This document shows positions 59,031-64,000 of a stretch of 64,000 bases of DNA, one piece after another. Each line of letters begins with the position of its first letter. Position 1 is the stretch's first letter. Made by a program: the position numbers and the translations under genes. This DNA comes from the human T2T-CHM13v2.0 reference genome, Homo sapiens. Location: NCBI RefSeq assembly GCF_009914755.1, contig NC_060927.1. One strand, given 5' to 3'. The notes under the pieces were generated by a model, which worked only from the letters and a program-made list of their open reading frames with translations, ran no database searches and was not told where the DNA came from.

Positions 59031-59916
59031 TCAGAACTATGTTTCTTTTCTATTCAAATCATGTTCCAGATAAGACAGTTTTATTCTTCTCAGATATGAG
59101 ATATGTTTTCTTTTCTCAGTGGAGAATAGAAAGCATATTTATTGTCCAAAATTTTCAAAACACTCCATGACATTTAGTTTCTTGAATAATAGGAAAGTAT
59201 CTTATTATAGCTGATAAACTACATTTCATTTGAAACAGATGAGCAGAATTCCCATTAGTAGGACACATCATCTCTCTAAATAACATGACCCACACTGGTT
59301 ACCTCATTTACCTGGTTGATTATTTATACTCTATCATCCTGGACTTCCAATACTCATTTTATATAATATTAATATTAGAAGTCAAAATAATTCAATGATG
59401 GAAGAATGAAGCTTTCTATGTATATAAAAGAATGAAGCTGAACATCTACCTCTCTTGTCAAGCTAATCTAATTTGGGTAGAATGTACAAGTTATTTAGGA
59501 GAGTAACTCTCCTGAATTTGTCAGTGGGAAGAGGCCTTTGGAAAAGTCTCCTGTGTATCCTTGACAAGAAATGACTGCAGACCTTAGTGCAGGGCTACAT
59601 CCTATCATTAGTACACAATTCCCACTTCATCCATACACATCAACAAAGTTGGACTGCTCTACATCCTAATTAATGACATGGAAAACATGCATGTTAGGAA
59701 AAATAGTGGTAATGCATAGAGGCAGCAATATTTTACCATCCTTCTGATTTCGACTTTTGTACAACTTCAGATCTGTGGTAATGGTTAGGTGGATGTGGTA
59801 TAAACACATACGAATTACCACAAGGTACTCACTTATGACACACTTTCCCTCCCCATTTATCCCCCACCAATCCCTGAAATCTGGGCACTTGGATTGTAAA
59901 TAAAAATAAGGGGATA

Positions 59917-60047
59917 GCTGGGTGTGGTGGCTCGGGCCTGTAATCCCAGCACACGGGAGACTGAGGTAGAAGAATCATTTGAGACCAGCCTGGGAAACAC
60001 AGCGAGACCCCCATCTCAAAAATAGTTTTAAAAATTAAAAAAAAAAG
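59917..60047 (+). mobile_element. Alu monomer (FLAM-like)
   Basis: GCTGGGTGTGGTGGCTCGGGCCTGTAATCCCAGCAC...GAGACCAGCCTGGGAAACACAGCGAGACCCCCATCTC plus A tail. Confidence 0.8.
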
Positions 60048-60498
60048 GGAGTAATAAAGAATTAGTGAAATCTGGCACATTATTGGACTGCTGGGTTAAA
60101 CAGCTGCCTCTGGATTCTGCAATTTTCACGAAGTCCATTTAATTGCTCTGTACCTCTGATTCTTCACAGATAAAAATAGTTTAGTTCACAAAGAGATGAT
60201 AAATGCTTGAAGTGATAGGTACTGCAATTGCCCTGATGTGATTGTTATACATTGTATGACTGTATCAAAACATCGTATGTACCCCATGAATATATACACC
60301 TATTCTGTACCTATAACAATTTCAACAACTGGGTTAGAAAGGATGTAAGAGAAGAGGATGGCTTCAGAAATGTTTTAGTTATGGTGTTACTGTCTGTTTC
60401 AAATGCAAAGGATGCTTAGGAGGAATAGCAGCAAACATTTTTGCATGGGGTAAGTCAACTGGCAAGGAATACAATTATAGACCATATACTGTACTTAC

Positions 60499-60633
60499 CA
60501 ATAATAACAGTGTTATCATCAGCAATTAACAACTTGCTGTGGACATAGATAAGCTCAGTTACTAGGTTTCCTTCGAGCTCTGCATGTGTTCTAAGACCAC
60601 AGAATGATATGTAATTTATCCACTGATTACCAA
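60499..60633 (-). CDS. PLD1: PLD1 internal coding exon (135 nt) with the second HKD motif
   Basis: Minus strand reads tttaaatttgcAG|TTGGTAATCAG...GTTATTATTG|GTaagt. It translates (L)[44 protein letters not shown](G), with HxKxxxxD = HSKLLIAD. Phase 1 at both ends, matching the next exon. Confidence 0.97.
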
Positions 60634-60825
60634 CTGCAAATTTAAAAAGAAATTATTAAAATTAATATGACCAAGCTCAATAAACGTACATTAAATCTTA
60701 TTGTTTCTCAAAACATACTACTTAGACTGTTCAGAATAGATTGTATATTATATGTATATGTTTTCTATTTCAGAATTCATCCAGGATTTATTTTTGATAT
60801 CTGAATTTCATATTGTCAGTCTGAA

Positions 60826-60831
<6 letters not shown>

Positions 60832-60881
<50 letters not shown>

Positions 60882-60898
60882 ATATATATTTTTTTTTT
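60832..60898. repeat. Compound microsatellite (CT)n(AT)n(T)n
   Basis: Direct reading. Confidence 0.95.
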
Positions 60899-62499
60899 AA
60901 TTGAAGTGTTTTCTGTCTTCCCTTTGCTAAGGCAATCCAAAAAGCTATTCATATATGAACATTTTATTTTAATGATTTGATGAGTTAACTACTGAAGAGT
61001 GATGGTTAAAACTGAGCTGGAATAGATTAACCAAGACTTCAGTGTGACATTTGCTTCTATCCTGCTTGACACTTGCTGCAGTTTGAATCAGATGCAAGGT
61101 GTGTGCCAAACCACCTGATGCTACATCATTTGTAGCATATTCAGCGTGAAGCATCAGTTAAATTCTGCAGACTTTGGGTAAATAAAAATGTTGGCAATGA
61201 AAAACCACTCCTCCCTTTAGATCATTAAAATTAGGAAACAGAAGAATCCTTACTACATTAGACTTAGAATTTTCTTCAGAGCAAGCAGCACCAGGTTTGT
61301 ACTTCAAAATATTGCCATCCCTCTAATCACATGGGGGCCATTCACATGATAAGAAGAAATACATTCCATACTAAGCCAAGTCATAATCATGACCCCTGTT
61401 GTGAGTGTTAGTCACAGGATTTTTATGGTCTTTCTCCCACACAGCAGTTGTCTTGGATAAGCAAGTCTGATACCAAGAATAAATGGAGTGGAACCAAACT
61501 ATCACAAATTCTCATAGAAAGAGAGCATACATTTTTTTTTGTCTTTAAGAGAATTTGAAGCATACTAATAGAAGGGTGGCAGTTCATCTCCCATTTACTG
61601 AAGTTTCCATTTATTACTGATGGTTTCTATTTTGCTACTGATGTTATTCAGTGTTTCTATTAAGTTTGGGTATCTTGGAAAGAAATTCATTCATAGGTTA
61701 TGTATAGAGATGCCTCCATTTAGAGATAGCTCTCCCCTCATATATATATGAGTGATGTTGTATAGCTGTGTTTGATGAGAGTTGAAATGTTGGTATACTA
61801 GTACACCATGTGTAAGAGATGCATTTCTAAAACGTTTCATGTAAATGAGGTTTTTGCAATTTATTCCCCCATTTGTTAATGTTATATTGGAAAGACACTT
61901 CATCTGAAGAATCACCTCCTTTTTTAAGTCTTTTCTGATCCATTTCCTTTTTTAAGCCCCTCAGACCTATAAAATTCCTGGAAAACATTTCTAAATAATG
62001 CCTAGTATCTTACAAACATTTATATAATCTTCAAGTTATTCTACTGTTGTACAGGAACTGGGTCTTACACATTTTTGTTTCTCATCCTTTCACAGTGCTA
62101 AAAAAAGCTAAATAAATGTATGAGTGGATAAATGAATATTCAGGTATCAGCTGAAACTAAAAAATATTTTACCTTTTAATTTCTCTGTATCATCTACTCT
62201 CCTACAGCTGGATCATGATCTAGAATTTATAAGTTTAAGATACAAAGCAGCTTTTCAAAGGAATCATGGAGCAGGACCTTTGCTAAAGTAAATATTTTTT
62301 TACAGTAATTTCCATTAAAATTCACATTGAACAATATAGTAGACCAGTGGTTCTCAGCATGCACAAAGACCACCTCTATGGAATTTGTTAAAAGCAGATT
62401 CCTGTGACTCTTCACAGAATTCTGATTCAGCGGAAATCAATTCAGTAAGTCCCCGAGGGGATATTGTTTCTGAATGACACTGCCATAGAGCTTTGATAA

Positions 62500-64000
<1,501 letters not shown>

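Overview
Human-like (primate) genomic DNA, repeat-rich. The right part (about 40.5-64 kb) holds the 3' end of PLD1 (phospholipase D1) on the minus strand: four coding exons with GT-AG boundaries in consistent phase, including the second HKD catalytic motif and the C-terminus ...PMEVWT*, plus a short alternative terminal exon (SKMTPGVEDP*) and the 3' UTR. The left part is intergenic and filled with Alu, L1, L2, MER, MaLR and ERVL remnants. The most unusual structure is a 6.7-kb insert at 16486-23226. It looks like a HERV-H provirus but has the hallmarks of an L1-made retrocopy. Its 5' LTR starts at the transcription start (R-U5 only, with extra G), the 3' LTR is complete and was read through into about 1.25 kb of foreign flanking DNA, and it ends in AATAAA plus poly(A). 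A 14-bp target-site duplication flanks it inside a split L1, which itself splits a MER53. Nearly all ORFs in the supplied track are spurious or repeat-derived. Repeat subfamily names and boundaries were called by eye and are approximate.
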